DNA from: Oceanispirochaeta sp.
Lineage (GTDB): Bacteria; Spirochaetota; Spirochaetia; DSM-2461
DNA: 64,000 nucleotides
Assembly: GCA_963663385.2 (NCBI GenBank)
Contig: CAXXXD010000003.1
Span: forward strand, 160,001 to 224,000
Reading direction: 5' to 3'
Made by a program: the position numbers and the translations under genes. Under the pieces are notes generated by a model. The model saw only the letters and a program-made list of their open reading frames with translations. It was not told where the DNA came from and did not search any database. The stretch's first letter is position 1; each line of letters begins with the position of its first letter. Positions 10,620-21,400 of the stretch are shown here, in pieces.

Positions 10620-11711
10620 ATGAAGAAATTTGAAAAGGTAAAGCAGTATATACTGGAAAAGATCCAATCGGGATTGCTGGTTCCGGGAGACAGAATCCCT
10701 ACGGAAGCCGAACTGACGGACAGATTCTCCTTCAGCCGGAATCCCGTACGCAAAGCTCTGGATGAACTCGCTGCCGAAGGGTATATCGAAAAAGTCCATG
10801 GAAGCGGTTCCTATGTCAGAGAGGATATGCCGGATGATGAGATCAATATCAATGTGATAATGTACTACAACCGTTTTCTTGAGTCCCGAATCATTCAGGG
10901 AATGAGAAAAGCCGTGGACCATTGCAGCTACAGTCATATTAATCTCATTCTTAAACGGCCGGGTAAAAGCTTTTCGGAATACAGGGAAATTCTGGAGAAT
11001 GCGGGAAAAGGGAAGAAATGCGGGGTACTTTGTGTTCCCCTTATAGACAGGACTGTCTCTTTCATCAGGCTTCTTGAGGCGTCATTCCGTAAACTGGAAA
11101 AAGCCGGCATCCCCCTTGTCCAGGTGGATCAGTTCATCACCGGAGACAAGGGATCCTGCGTCATGTCGGATCACAGGAGGGGGGCGGCTGATATGACCCG
11201 GCTCATACTTGAGAATGGGCACAGGAAGATAGCGGTCATTCATGAAAGATTTATTCCCCCTTCCATCAGTCTCAGGATAGAAGGGGTGGAGGATGCGGTT
11301 GCCTCTTTCGGCAGGCCCGTTCCGCCCCCTCTGTTTATAGGTGTTGACCCCGGGGACATTGCCGAACAGGGCTTCCGGATCCTCCGGGACTTTACGGAGA
11401 AGGGAATAACGGCGGTTTTCTGCCTCAATTGTGAACTGGCTTTCGAGATGAACCGCCTCTTCCGCCGTTTCGATATCCGCATCCCCGGGGATTTATCCCT
11501 CTGCTCGTTTGATGACCACTGTTTTTCCGAAGAAGTGGACCGCAGAGCGATAACCGCAGTCATTCAGCCTTTTGAGAGTGTCGGCTACTACGCGGCTAAC
11601 ATTCTTCTTGATCATATTCTCGGGAGAACGTCCGGACAGGTCACTATGCTTTTAAAGCCCGAAATCATCGATCGCGGGAGTCTGGGAATCTGTCCGGGCA
11701 GCTGTATTTAA
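10620..11711 (+). CDS. GntR-HTH / LacI-type sugar-binding regulator (AraR-like)
   Basis: GntR wHTH 'GDRIPTEAEL..RFSFSRNPVRKAL..GSGSYV' plus a periplasmic-binding-fold C-terminus 'IPGDLSLCSFDD'. Start moved to ATG 10620, which follows AAGGA. Confidence 0.9.
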   Translation: MKKFEKVKQYILEKIQSGLLVPGDRIPTEAELTDRFSFSRNPVRKALDELAAEGYIEKVHGSGSYVREDMPDDEININVIMYYNRFLESRIIQGMRKAVDHCSYSHINLILKRPGKSFSEYREILENAGKGKKCGVLCVPLIDRTVSFIRLLEASFRKLEKAGIPLVQVDQFITGDKGSCVMSDHRRGAADMTRLILENGHRKIAVIHERFIPPSISLRIEGVEDAVASFGRPVPPPLFIGVDPGDIAEQGFRILRDFTEKGITAVFCLNCELAFEMNRLFRRFDIRIPGDLSLCSFDDHCFSEEVDRRAITAVIQPFESVGYYAANILLDHILGRTSGQVTMLLKPEIIDRGSLGICPGSCI

Positions 11712-11839
11712 ACAGGGGTAGATGGTCCGGTACCGAAATCGTGCCGGAAGTATGGGGATATGCAAGCACTCATGTCGAACCTCTCCCAACATAAAAAGGG
11801 GATCCCTATGGGTCTCTCCGGGGTATCATTGAAGAGGAA

Positions 11840-13507
11840 TCAACAGTTATCAGTAATTGTCTCGATCCTGTTCCGTCCATTCCTTTTGGCTTTATACAGA
11901 GCCCTGTCTGCCAGATCAACCATCTGTTCGACCGTATGCGACGGATCGTAAGCTGTTACTCCCAGGCTGAGGGTCAGGCTCCCATCTTTTAAACAGCCCG
12001 ATTCCTTTTGCCGGATGTTATGCCGGATGCGTTCGCAGATGGAAACGGCTCCGGACAGATCGGTTTCAATAAAGAGCAGCAGGAATTCTTCTCCCCCCCA
12101 GCGGCAGATAAAGTCTGTATCCCGGCATTCCTCCTTCAGCAGGGCCGCCGTATTTTTCAGAACTTCGTCTCCGCACTCATGACCGTAAGTGTCATTGACA
12201 TTCTTAAAAAAATCCAGATCCGCCATGGCCAGGGAGAAGGTCCTGCCGCTTCTTTCTGTTCTGTGGATCTCCTGATTGAAAATTTCCAGCATCTTTCTGC
12301 GGTTGAGCAAACCCGTCAGGGAATCTGTATTGGCCAGGAGAGAAACTTTTTCGTAGAGAAAGGCATTATGAAGGACAAGACCGATCTGTTCTCCCATGAA
12401 ATAGAAGAAATCCCGGTCCAGTACATCAATTCTCATTTTACTGGTATATACAATGGATATGGCCCCTATAATACCTTCTGAGGTTTTAAGGGGAATACTG
12501 ACAAATTCCGTTACCCCTCTGGCTCTGTACGCTTCCGCAATACTCCGGTTCGGGTAATTATCTACATTCATCACAATAACACGGTCCTCTTCAATTGCTC
12601 TGCCCGATGCACCTTCTCCCTTCTTCAGTGTCGTAACATCATCCAGAGGCAGGTCGAGCTCATTGAAAATATAGGCAATGGAGTGGCTTTCCTTTTCTTT
12701 ATCCACCAGAAAGATTGCCGCTGTGTCGATGTTCATGGATACCTTCAGTATCTCTTCAATGGACTTGTACAGCTCTTCCAGTTCCAAATGCCTGGCTGTG
12801 TTATGGAGGAAGTTGAAGAGGTATTTCAGTTTATCCTTCTCCCTGACTATCAGATGATTCTTCTTTCGCAGAGAGGCATTGAACATGCCCATCAGGTACA
12901 TAAGATTGAAAATAATAAGATACAGGAAGCTTATGGTAGTCATTAGGTTTATGTCGAACAGGGAGTTAACCGCACCCGTTCCTGAAATGGTGACAACTGA
13001 ACGGGTCAGATAGAAAAGGATGGAGAAGCTGAACAGGTATAATAGTTCCCGTGTATCCCTTGTCTTCTTTTTCCGGGTGGAGTAGATCCTGATCATCAGA
13101 AATACCGCGTATAAGTAGAAAACCATGAGTATACTGGAAATAATAATGATTCTTATGGAGGTATTAAAATTTATGAAACTGAAGTAGACAAACAGGACCC
13201 AGTAAACCGCAGATACACTCAGCAGAAAAGGATAATTAACAGAATACCTCCTGTCCTCAATACTCAGAGTTGAGGAGATCTGAAAAAAGAACCCCAGAAG
13301 AAGAAGGTAATTGGCAGTACAGATGGATAGAAAAGGGGGGAGTTTCTGCTGCATTAATATAAGGAAAAACCCGGCAAAGAGGAGATACGATGAGGCCAGC
13401 CACTCCATCCGGCCAAGACTGTCCGTATTACGTGTGACAATGGAGGTAAAAAGGGTATTAACCGCCAATATGATGATTAGAGTATATAGAAGTGTAAAAT
13501 TATCCAT
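11840..13507 (-). CDS. Membrane-anchored GAF-GGDEF diguanylate cyclase
   Basis: N-terminal TM helices, GAF region, 'TDSLTGLLNRR', 'DLDFFKNVNDTYGH', 'RWGGEEF' and an RxxD I-site (RDTD). Confidence 0.92.
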   Translation of the reverse strand: MDNFTLLYTLIIILAVNTLFTSIVTRNTDSLGRMEWLASSYLLFAGFFLILMQQKLPPFLSICTANYLLLLGFFFQISSTLSIEDRRYSVNYPFLLSVSAVYWVLFVYFSFINFNTSIRIIIISSILMVFYLYAVFLMIRIYSTRKKKTRDTRELLYLFSFSILFYLTRSVVTISGTGAVNSLFDINLMTTISFLYLIIFNLMYLMGMFNASLRKKNHLIVREKDKLKYLFNFLHNTARHLELEELYKSIEEILKVSMNIDTAAIFLVDKEKESHSIAYIFNELDLPLDDVTTLKKGEGASGRAIEEDRVIVMNVDNYPNRSIAEAYRARGVTEFVSIPLKTSEGIIGAISIVYTSKMRIDVLDRDFFYFMGEQIGLVLHNAFLYEKVSLLANTDSLTGLLNRRKMLEIFNQEIHRTERSGRTFSLAMADLDFFKNVNDTYGHECGDEVLKNTAALLKEECRDTDFICRWGGEEFLLLFIETDLSGAVSICERIRHNIRQKESGCLKDGSLTLSLGVTAYDPSHTVEQMVDLADRALYKAKRNGRNRIETITDNC

Positions 13508-13567
13508 ACCCTTTCAGTATCGGCTGGTACCGGAGGGGTATGGAATACTTTCTGTCTTACTCTCTAT

Positions 13568-14962
13568 CTAAACCGCGATTCTGTCCGGATTCCCTTCCCT
13601 GTTTGTATCGTCCGGTTCAATATTCAGGTTCAGCCATTTTCTGTTGTGGAACCGCAGGTACAGAATGGTTCCGAATACAGCAAAGGATATCATCTCGGCA
13701 TACCAGATTCCTGGAATCCCTGTATTCATATATATGACAAACAGATAGGACAGGGGAACGAAAATCAGCCACAGCCGGCTTACCGTATTAACCATCACCG
13801 CTCTGGTATCTCCGGCTCCCCTGAGAGCTCCTCCCAGTACGATATTCATATTAAGACCCATCTGGTTAAGCCCTAAAAAAATCATGGCAGACAGAGACGC
13901 TTTTATCAGGGCCGGATCCGTGGAAAAGAGGGTCAGGATACTTTTCGGAAAGAGGAGGAACACAGCGCCGATCAGAACACCCCACAGTATCCCCATTCCC
14001 GTTGAAAGGTAACCGGTGGCCACAGCCTTGTCAGGCTCTCTCTCTCCCAGAGCTTTTCCTACCAGAGTCGCCGTAGCGATGGAGATGCCTACGGCAGGCA
14101 TAAAGGAGAGGGATTCTATCTGGATAAGGACACGGAAAGCTGCTTCGGCTGCCGTATCAAGCCGGGAAATAATCACGGACATGGCCAGAAAACTGAGCTG
14201 CATCAACCCCTGTTCAATTCCGCCGGGAAGGCTTATTTTCCAGAGGGGATCCAGAATGGATCTGTCAAAAAAGAGATGGAGACGGAGTCTGATCCTGGAA
14301 GGTTTTACATACAAAACAAAAATATAGATTACCATACCCAGTATTCTGGACCCGGATGTTGCCCAGGCGGCACCGGCTATGCCCAGAACGGGAAAGGGAC
14401 CGGCTCCCGTTATCAGCAGATAGTTTCCAATTATATTTACTCCGTTGGCAATCCCTGTTACCGCCATGGGGGTGACCGTATCACCGGCTCCCCTTAAAAT
14501 AGCGGCAAAGGCAAAACTGAGGAACATGGGAACGAAACCGACCAGGATTATGCGGAAATAGATTAGGCTGTTCCGGTAAATGTCAGGGGAGGTATCAAAA
14601 ATCCCCAGTATTCTGGAAGCGAAAACAATGGACAGTCCCATAATAACTAAAGAGATAATCAGGTTGAGAATAACGTTCTGCTGGGCAATGATTTTGAGTT
14701 TTGAATAATCCTTCTCTCCCAGGCTGCGGGAAATCAGGGCAACCGCTCCCGTATTAAAAGAGGAGAAAACAAATATCAGAACAAAGACAATCTGATTGGC
14801 AAAACCCACTGCCGCCAGGGCTTCGGTTCCCACCATGCGGCTGATCATGATGGTATCGCTTACGCCCAGCATGGTATTCAGAGCCATTTCGCCGATAGCC
14901 GGCAGAGATATGCTTATAATGCTGAGAATCAGGGCTTTGCGTCCTTTCAGAAATCTATTCAA
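13568..14962 (-). CDS. MATE family efflux transporter
   Basis: About 12 TM helices, duplicated 'LRGAGDT' motifs, 'GIAGAAWAT'; TTG start with GGAGG SD. Confidence 0.92.
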   Translation of the reverse strand: MNRFLKGRKALILSIISISLPAIGEMALNTMLGVSDTIMISRMVGTEALAAVGFANQIVFVLIFVFSSFNTGAVALISRSLGEKDYSKLKIIAQQNVILNLIISLVIMGLSIVFASRILGIFDTSPDIYRNSLIYFRIILVGFVPMFLSFAFAAILRGAGDTVTPMAVTGIANGVNIIGNYLLITGAGPFPVLGIAGAAWATSGSRILGMVIYIFVLYVKPSRIRLRLHLFFDRSILDPLWKISLPGGIEQGLMQLSFLAMSVIISRLDTAAEAAFRVLIQIESLSFMPAVGISIATATLVGKALGEREPDKAVATGYLSTGMGILWGVLIGAVFLLFPKSILTLFSTDPALIKASLSAMIFLGLNQMGLNMNIVLGGALRGAGDTRAVMVNTVSRLWLIFVPLSYLFVIYMNTGIPGIWYAEMISFAVFGTILYLRFHNRKWLNLNIEPDDTNREGNPDRIAV

Positions 14963-15311
14963 TTCGTAAAATCCTCCGTATAACAGGAATTGGTTTTATC
15001 ATATAAGAAGGGCGCGGAACAAGAGGCGGAAGATGCAATCAGGTAAAAATAAATAATCTATTCTTATTAATCATTTACTTTCGGCATAAAACGCTAATGG
15101 TAAATGCAGGAAGACTGTTATCTGTAAATAAAATTGAAAAGACTCCTCAAATCAAATTGTGTCAGTACTTAAGTCGCTATCAAAGCAATACAGCATTTGA
15201 TAAATATTACTGATATGGGTATAGTTTAATAAAAAAGGAATCCTTATTCTGATGAAATCCGTGTAAAACCCGATCCGGTAAGCCTATAATGAAGGGTAAG
15301 GAAGTAATGCA

Positions 15312-16112
15312 ATGATGAAAAAGAAAACAGTACCTGTACTTATAGCCCTGATCTCTGCCCTGATGATTTCATCCTGTTCCGGTAAAGAGGAGAAGATGCT
15401 TGTTGTTGCTATGGAACTCCAGTTCCCCCCCTTTGAAATGGCCGAAGCCGACGGAACTCCAACCGGAATAAGTGTGGATACGGCCTATGCTCTGGGCGAA
15501 TACCTGGGACGCCCCGTTAAAATTGAGAATACCTCCTGGACCGGGCTTATCCCTGCCGTTCAATCGGGAAAAGCCGATCTGATCATCTCTTCCATGAGTA
15601 TTACCGAAGAGAGAGCAAAAGTAGTGGACTTTTCCATTCCCTATGCCGCCTCCGGTCTGACCCTCCTGATTAATAAGGATTCAAAGGTTGCGGGGTATAA
15701 GGATCTTTTTTCCGAAGGTGTTACTGTTGCCGTCAAATCGGGAACAATCGGTGCTATCTGGGCTCAGGATTACCTTCCCTCCGACAGTATCCATATATTT
15801 GATGAAGTGGCCGCCTGTGCCCTCGAAGTCTCCCAGGGAAAGGCGGATGCCTTTATTTATGACGGCCTTACCACCTTCAGCCTTCATAAGAAGTTCCCCG
15901 ATTCCACACGGGTTAACCTGGAAAACCTTCCCGGAACAAGCGGAGACTGGGGCATGGCCATGAAAAAGGGCAGCCACCTGAAAAAAGATGTGGATGCCTT
16001 TATTACGCAATTCCGGAACAAGGGCGGTTTTGAAGAACTGGAAAGAAAGTATCTGACAGAGATGAAGCAGGTATTTGACGAAGAGGGCTTGCCTTCGTTT
16101 TTCGACCTGTAG
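15312..16112 (+). CDS. Polar amino-acid ABC transporter substrate-binding lipoprotein
   Basis: Lipobox 'MISSC'; 'FPPFEM', 'GKADLIISSMSITEERAKVVDFSIPY'. Confidence 0.92.
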   Translation: MMKKKTVPVLIALISALMISSCSGKEEKMLVVAMELQFPPFEMAEADGTPTGISVDTAYALGEYLGRPVKIENTSWTGLIPAVQSGKADLIISSMSITEERAKVVDFSIPYAASGLTLLINKDSKVAGYKDLFSEGVTVAVKSGTIGAIWAQDYLPSDSIHIFDEVAACALEVSQGKADAFIYDGLTTFSLHKKFPDSTRVNLENLPGTSGDWGMAMKKGSHLKKDVDAFITQFRNKGGFEELERKYLTEMKQVFDEEGLPSFFDL

Positions 16113-16127
16113 AATCCGGGACCGGTT

Positions 16128-16901
16128 ATGAATATTCTGACAGAACGGGAAGGAAGGGATAATCGCTTTGCCCATTTCTTCAGCTGGTTTTTTATAGCTC
16201 TGCTGCTGACGGCGGTTTTCTGGTTCGGCTTCAGCCGGCTGGGGTATCGCTTCGCCTGGAAAACCATCTACTCCTACAGGATCAATTTCCTGAGGGGGTA
16301 CGGGATGACCCTCCTGATCTCCCTGTTCGCCCTGATTCTCAGCCTGATACTCGGTGTTCTTTTCGGGCTGGGCCAGGGAAGCTCTTTCCTGCCTTACCGG
16401 TATCTATCCCTGTTTTATGTGGAACTGATACGGGGGACCCCTCTACTCGTTCAGATTCTGATTTTTTTCTATGTTATCGCCAATGCGGCGGGAATGAATA
16501 ACCGGTTTGTGGTGGGGGTTGTAATTATGGCTCTCTTTTCGGGAGCCTATATCGCCGAGATCATCCGTGGCGGGGTACAGAGTATAGGAGAGAGCCAGAG
16601 GGAGTCCGCCCGGTCTCTGGGGTTTTCTCCCTATCAGACCTATCGCTACATAATCTTTCCCCAGGTGCTTACCAGAATTCTGCCCTCTCTCGCAGGGCAG
16701 CTGGCTTCCCTGATAAAGGATTCTTCCCTGCTGTCCGTTATTGCCATCAAGGAGTTTACCATGGCTGCCCGGGAGATGAACGCCAATACCTTTTCCACCA
16801 TGGAGGCGTATATCCCCCTGGCTGTGGGATACCTGCTTCTGACTCTTCCTATTTCCCGTTTAACCAGAATCCTGGAAAGGAAATTCAGCTATGAAACTTG
16901 A
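16128..16901 (+). CDS. Amino-acid ABC transporter permease (HisM/GlnP-like)
   Basis: 'YVELIRGTPLLVQ', 'AYIAEIIRGG', EAA-like 'ESARSLG', 'LIKDSSL'. Confidence 0.93.
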   Translation: MNILTEREGRDNRFAHFFSWFFIALLLTAVFWFGFSRLGYRFAWKTIYSYRINFLRGYGMTLLISLFALILSLILGVLFGLGQGSSFLPYRYLSLFYVELIRGTPLLVQILIFFYVIANAAGMNNRFVVGVVIMALFSGAYIAEIIRGGVQSIGESQRESARSLGFSPYQTYRYIIFPQVLTRILPSLAGQLASLIKDSSLLSVIAIKEFTMAAREMNANTFSTMEAYIPLAVGYLLLTLPISRLTRILERKFSYET

Positions 16902-17628
16902 ACTGGCCGGTTTGTCCAAACGCTATGGAACCCTGAAGGTTCTGGATCGGGTTTCCCTTCTGCTGGAGGATGTGCGATCCCTTGTCTTTATCGGTCCTTC
17001 CGGGGGAGGAAAAACCACTCTCCTCAGGTTGATTGCCGGTCTGGAGAAACCCGAATCGGGGCGTATTCTTATAAACGATCACCCTATTGAATATTTCAGT
17101 GAGGACAGCCTGCGGGAGTACCGCAAAAGGATCGGAATAGTCTTTCAGGCCTACAATCTTTTTCCCCACCTTACAGCATTGCAGAATATTACCCTGCCTC
17201 TGGTGAAAGTTCACGGCTATACAGAAACTCAGGCGGCCGAAGAGGCCCTGGTTCTGCTGGAGCGGTTTCAGTTGGCCGATCAGGCCCTTAAAAAGCCCGC
17301 TCAGCTGTCGGGGGGACAGAAACAGCGGATTGCCATCTGCCGGGCCGTAGCCATCCGGCCGGAATTCCTTCTGCTGGACGAACCTACCTCGGCTCTGGAT
17401 CCCGAGTATACTTCGGAGGTGCTGGATCTGATCGGTGAACTGAGGAACGAGGGGATGCGCCTGATTCTGGTGACCCATGAAATGGGCTTTGCCCGGCAGG
17501 CCGCGGACTATCTGTTGTTTGTGGGGGACGGAGGTCTGATAGCCCAGGGAACCCCGGATGACCTTTTTGAAAAAAGAGGGGAACCCCGTGTGTACCGTTT
17601 CCTCAATAAAGTTCTGAAGTATAATTAA
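16891..17628 (+). CDS. Amino-acid ABC transporter ATP-binding protein (GlnQ-like)
   Basis: Walker A GPSGGGKT, signature LSGGQKQR, Walker B LLLDEPTSALDP, H-loop VTHEM. Confidence 0.95.
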   Translation: MKLELAGLSKRYGTLKVLDRVSLLLEDVRSLVFIGPSGGGKTTLLRLIAGLEKPESGRILINDHPIEYFSEDSLREYRKRIGIVFQAYNLFPHLTALQNITLPLVKVHGYTETQAAEEALVLLERFQLADQALKKPAQLSGGQKQRIAICRAVAIRPEFLLLDEPTSALDPEYTSEVLDLIGELRNEGMRLILVTHEMGFARQAADYLLFVGDGGLIAQGTPDDLFEKRGEPRVYRFLNKVLKYN

Positions 17629-17698
17629 ATCCTGTACCTTTAAACAGACCATCCCATGTTATAATGCTCAGGATTCTCCGGGAAAGGAAGGGATTCAG

Positions 17699-18274
17699 AT
17701 GAAGAAACGATGTGAATGGTGCAGTGATGATCCTTTATATATATCCTATCACGATAAGGAGTGGGGCGTTCCTGTCCATGATGGCCGTCTCCTTTTTGAA
17801 TTCCTTGTATTGGAGGGAGCCCAGGCCGGTCTGAGCTGGCTGACCATTCTGAAAAAGCGGGAGAACTACCGAAAAGCCTTTGACTTTTTTGATATAAAAA
17901 CAGTTGCCGCCTATACGGAGGATGATTTTCAGCGTCTGCTGGGGAATGCGGGGATCGTCCGGAATAAACTGAAAATCCGCTCCGTCATCCGAAATGCCCG
18001 GGCCGTTCTGAAAATTCAGGAGGAGTTCGGTTCTCTTGATGCCTACCTCTGGGCTTTCGTTGACGGAACGCCCCTGCAGAACAGCTGGAAATCCCTGGGT
18101 GAAGTTCCAGCTTCAACAGAACTCTCCGACAGGATCAGTAAGGACCTTAAAAAAAGGGGGCTGAACTTTGTGGGATCTACGATCTGTTACGCCTTTATGC
18201 AGGCTGTGGGGATGGTGAATGATCATACAATGGACTGTTTTCGTTATAGGGAAGCAGGAAATCCTGCTCTGTAA
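17699..18274 (+). CDS. tag: DNA-3-methyladenine glycosylase I
   Basis: 'RCEW', 'YHDKEWG', 'LEGAQAGLSWLTIL', 'MQAVGMVNDH..DC'. Confidence 0.95.
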   Translation: MKKRCEWCSDDPLYISYHDKEWGVPVHDGRLLFEFLVLEGAQAGLSWLTILKKRENYRKAFDFFDIKTVAAYTEDDFQRLLGNAGIVRNKLKIRSVIRNARAVLKIQEEFGSLDAYLWAFVDGTPLQNSWKSLGEVPASTELSDRISKDLKKRGLNFVGSTICYAFMQAVGMVNDHTMDCFRYREAGNPAL

Positions 18275-18451
18275 GTCAGAATCCTCCGCTCCATTTCAAC
18301 TCTGAAATACTGAGCTTCCGCTTCAGACCAAAGCCCCTGGCTGACAGTTATCTTTTTTCAGGATAAGGGTTTGAAAGGGGTTTTGAAATTTTTTCAGAAC
18401 AGGGTGTCAAATTGATTATAATGTATTTATAACCTGCAGGGGAGTATTCTT

Positions 18452-21400
18452 ATGATCCGGTTGATTCGACGATACCGCTCATCTCTCGGCATTGCATTGA
18501 CAGCCCTTTTTATCATTGGAGCTTTCAGCTGGATACTGCTGGCTTTCTTTCTCCCCCGGATTGAAGAATCCCTCTATAGTCAGCGGTATGAAATGGTCAA
18601 GAGGATGACTGAACTGATTATGAGTGATCTGAACTCCCGTCAGGAAGATGTCGTGAATGGCCGGACCACACTGGAAGAAGCCCAGCGCAGATCCATTGAC
18701 CGCTACCGGAAGATCCGATACGGGGAGGAGGAAAAAGACTACTACTGGATACTGGATAAATCGCCGGTTTTTATTATGCACCCCTACCGTCCTGATCTTG
18801 AAGGGGAGATCTTTGAAGAAATATTCGATTTGGACTTAAGAGGGATTCTGACGGAAATGGTAGCTATCGCCGATTCGCCTGCCGGGGAGGGGTTCCTGGA
18901 GTATGACTGGCAGTTCAAGGATGACAGAAGTCAGATTAAGCCAAAAATCTCCTATGTAAAATCCTTTGAACCCTGGGGATGGATCATCGGAACGGGAGCC
19001 TATGTTGATGATATTAATGAAGATATTGCCAGCCTCCGGAAAGAAATCCTGTTTACAATTTTTTTTATTCTCCTGTCTACAATCCTTGGGGTCAGCGTTA
19101 TGACTTTTCTTGCTATTTCCTCCCGGAATAAAAGAGTACAGAGCGAAAAGGAAATCCGTACAAGCGAACAGCGCTTTAAAACGCTCTTTGATCTGCTTCC
19201 CTTCTCGTGCGTTATAAACAGAAAGAGCGGGGAAATCCTGGAGGCGAATCAGTATCACTGCAGGGTGACCGGTCTGTCTCAGGAGGAAATACGCGGCAAA
19301 ACAACCTCTGATCTTCACCGGTATATGGACCCTGAAAAGCAGGATGCACTGGTCAGGGAACTTGAAACAACCGGGCACGTCTCGGCAAAGGAAATCTATC
19401 TGGATACAGACCGGGGCCCAGGCTGGCTCCTTATATCGAGCTGTCTGATAGAGTGGAAAAATGATGAAGCGGTTTTAACGGCGACTATTGATATTACCGA
19501 TCAGAAACGGGCCCATCTTGAACTCATTAAAACTTCTGATCGTATGAACGCCCAGAGGGAAGCGCTGTCAGCTCTTGCAGAGAGTGAAGCCCTGGCAAGC
19601 GGGATAGCAGCCAGAGCCATTCCTGAGCTGGCTGAACAGGCGTCAAAAGCCCTTGGGGTTGAGAGGGTCGGCACCTGGCTGTTTTCTGAGGAAAGCCATG
19701 AAATCTTCAATGTGGATCTGTATCTTGCCAGTAGTAAAGAGCATTTATCCGGGGAAACCCTGTGTCTGGATAACTACCCGGGCTATTGGGAATCCATCCG
19801 TTATAAAACCAGAATAGATGCCCATGATGCCTTTACCGACGAGCGCCTTGCCGAGTTAAGGGAGGAGTGGATTATTCCCAAAGGAATTACGTCTCTTATG
19901 GATGCAGGGATTATGCAGGAGGGAAAGTTTTTAGGGCTTTTCAGCTGTGAGCATACCGGACCGAAACGGCAATGGCAGGCGGATGAGCAGGCCTTTGTCA
20001 GTTCTCTCGCAACCCTGGCCGGTCAGATCTTTGTCACCGATGAAAGAAGACGTGCCGAGATTTCCCTGAGAGCCAGCGAAGAGAGCCTTCGAGCCACCCT
20101 GAAATCCATCGGAGACGGCGTTATCGTTACGGATACAGAAAGCCGGATAACCCTTATGAACCATGTTGCCGAAACGATTACAGGCTGGTACCTGGATGAG
20201 GCCCGGAGCAGACCGCTCTCAGACGTTTTTAATGTTATTTACAGGGATTCCCGGAATGAGGTTCCCGACATTGTGGAAAAAGTGATCGAAACCGGGAGCA
20301 TTGTTAAACTCCCTGATAATTCCGTTCTGATTTCCCGGAACAGAACGGAGTACCTGGTTGCCGACTCGGGGGCTCCCATCTTTTCAGAGTCAGGGGATGT
20401 TACCGGTGTGGTTCTTGTGTTCCGGAATATCACCAGGGAAAAGGAACTGCAGGAACAGCTGAGCCACATTCAGAGGATGGAGTCTATCGGTCAGCTGGCC
20501 GGAGGTGTGGCCCATGATTTCAATAATATGCTCGGGGGTATAACAGGGGCAGCAGAACTGCTTCAGCATTTATATAAAAATGATGGAACCGATTCACTGG
20601 TATACGTAAAAATGATACTGGAGAGTGCCGAAAGAGCCGCTTCGCTGACAAGGAAGCTTCTCTCTTTTGCCCGTAAAACCCCGCTTTCCTCCTCCGCTAC
20701 CAATGTGCTCCGCTCTCTCCTTGATGCCCTGTCATTTCTGGAAAGTACGGCGGATAAACGTATCAATGTTTTTAAAAACCTGCCTGAGCAGGAAGTCCTG
20801 GTGCAGGGTGATCCCTCGGAATTGCAGAATGCCTTTATGAATATTCTGATTAATGCGACCCACGCCATGCCGGACGGAGGCGATATTCACATTGATGCCC
20901 ATCTCCTTACGCTGGATGAAGAATTCTGCGAAAGTACGGCAATGGACATAACACCCGGTCCCTATATCGAAATTGAAATCCGCGATACGGGATGCGGAAT
21001 CCCTCAGAAAGATCTGAAACGTATTTTTGAACCTTTCTACACGACAAAGGAAAGGGGGAAGGGAACCGGTCTCGGCTTATCCTCGGTATTTGCTATGGTT
21101 CAGCAGTATAAGGGCGCCGTAACTGTTTACAGTGAGGTAGACGCTGGTACAGGTTTTCATATATTCCTTCCTCTGGCGGAAGAGGGGATCCAAGCTGAAT
21201 CGGCACCACCAGATCAAATCATTAAAGGCAGCGGAACCGTACTGCTTGTTGATGATGAACCTATTGTCCGGATGACAACCGGTACCGTACTGAAAGGACT
21301 GGGATACCATGTATTACTGGCGGAGAACGGCAGACAGGCTCTGGATGTTTTTTCCATGAATGTTAAAAGTATTGATCTGGTTATCCTTGATATGATAATG

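Noticed and set aside
16885..17652. 255-aa minus-strand ORF
   Set aside because: Antisense shadow of the ABC ATPase.
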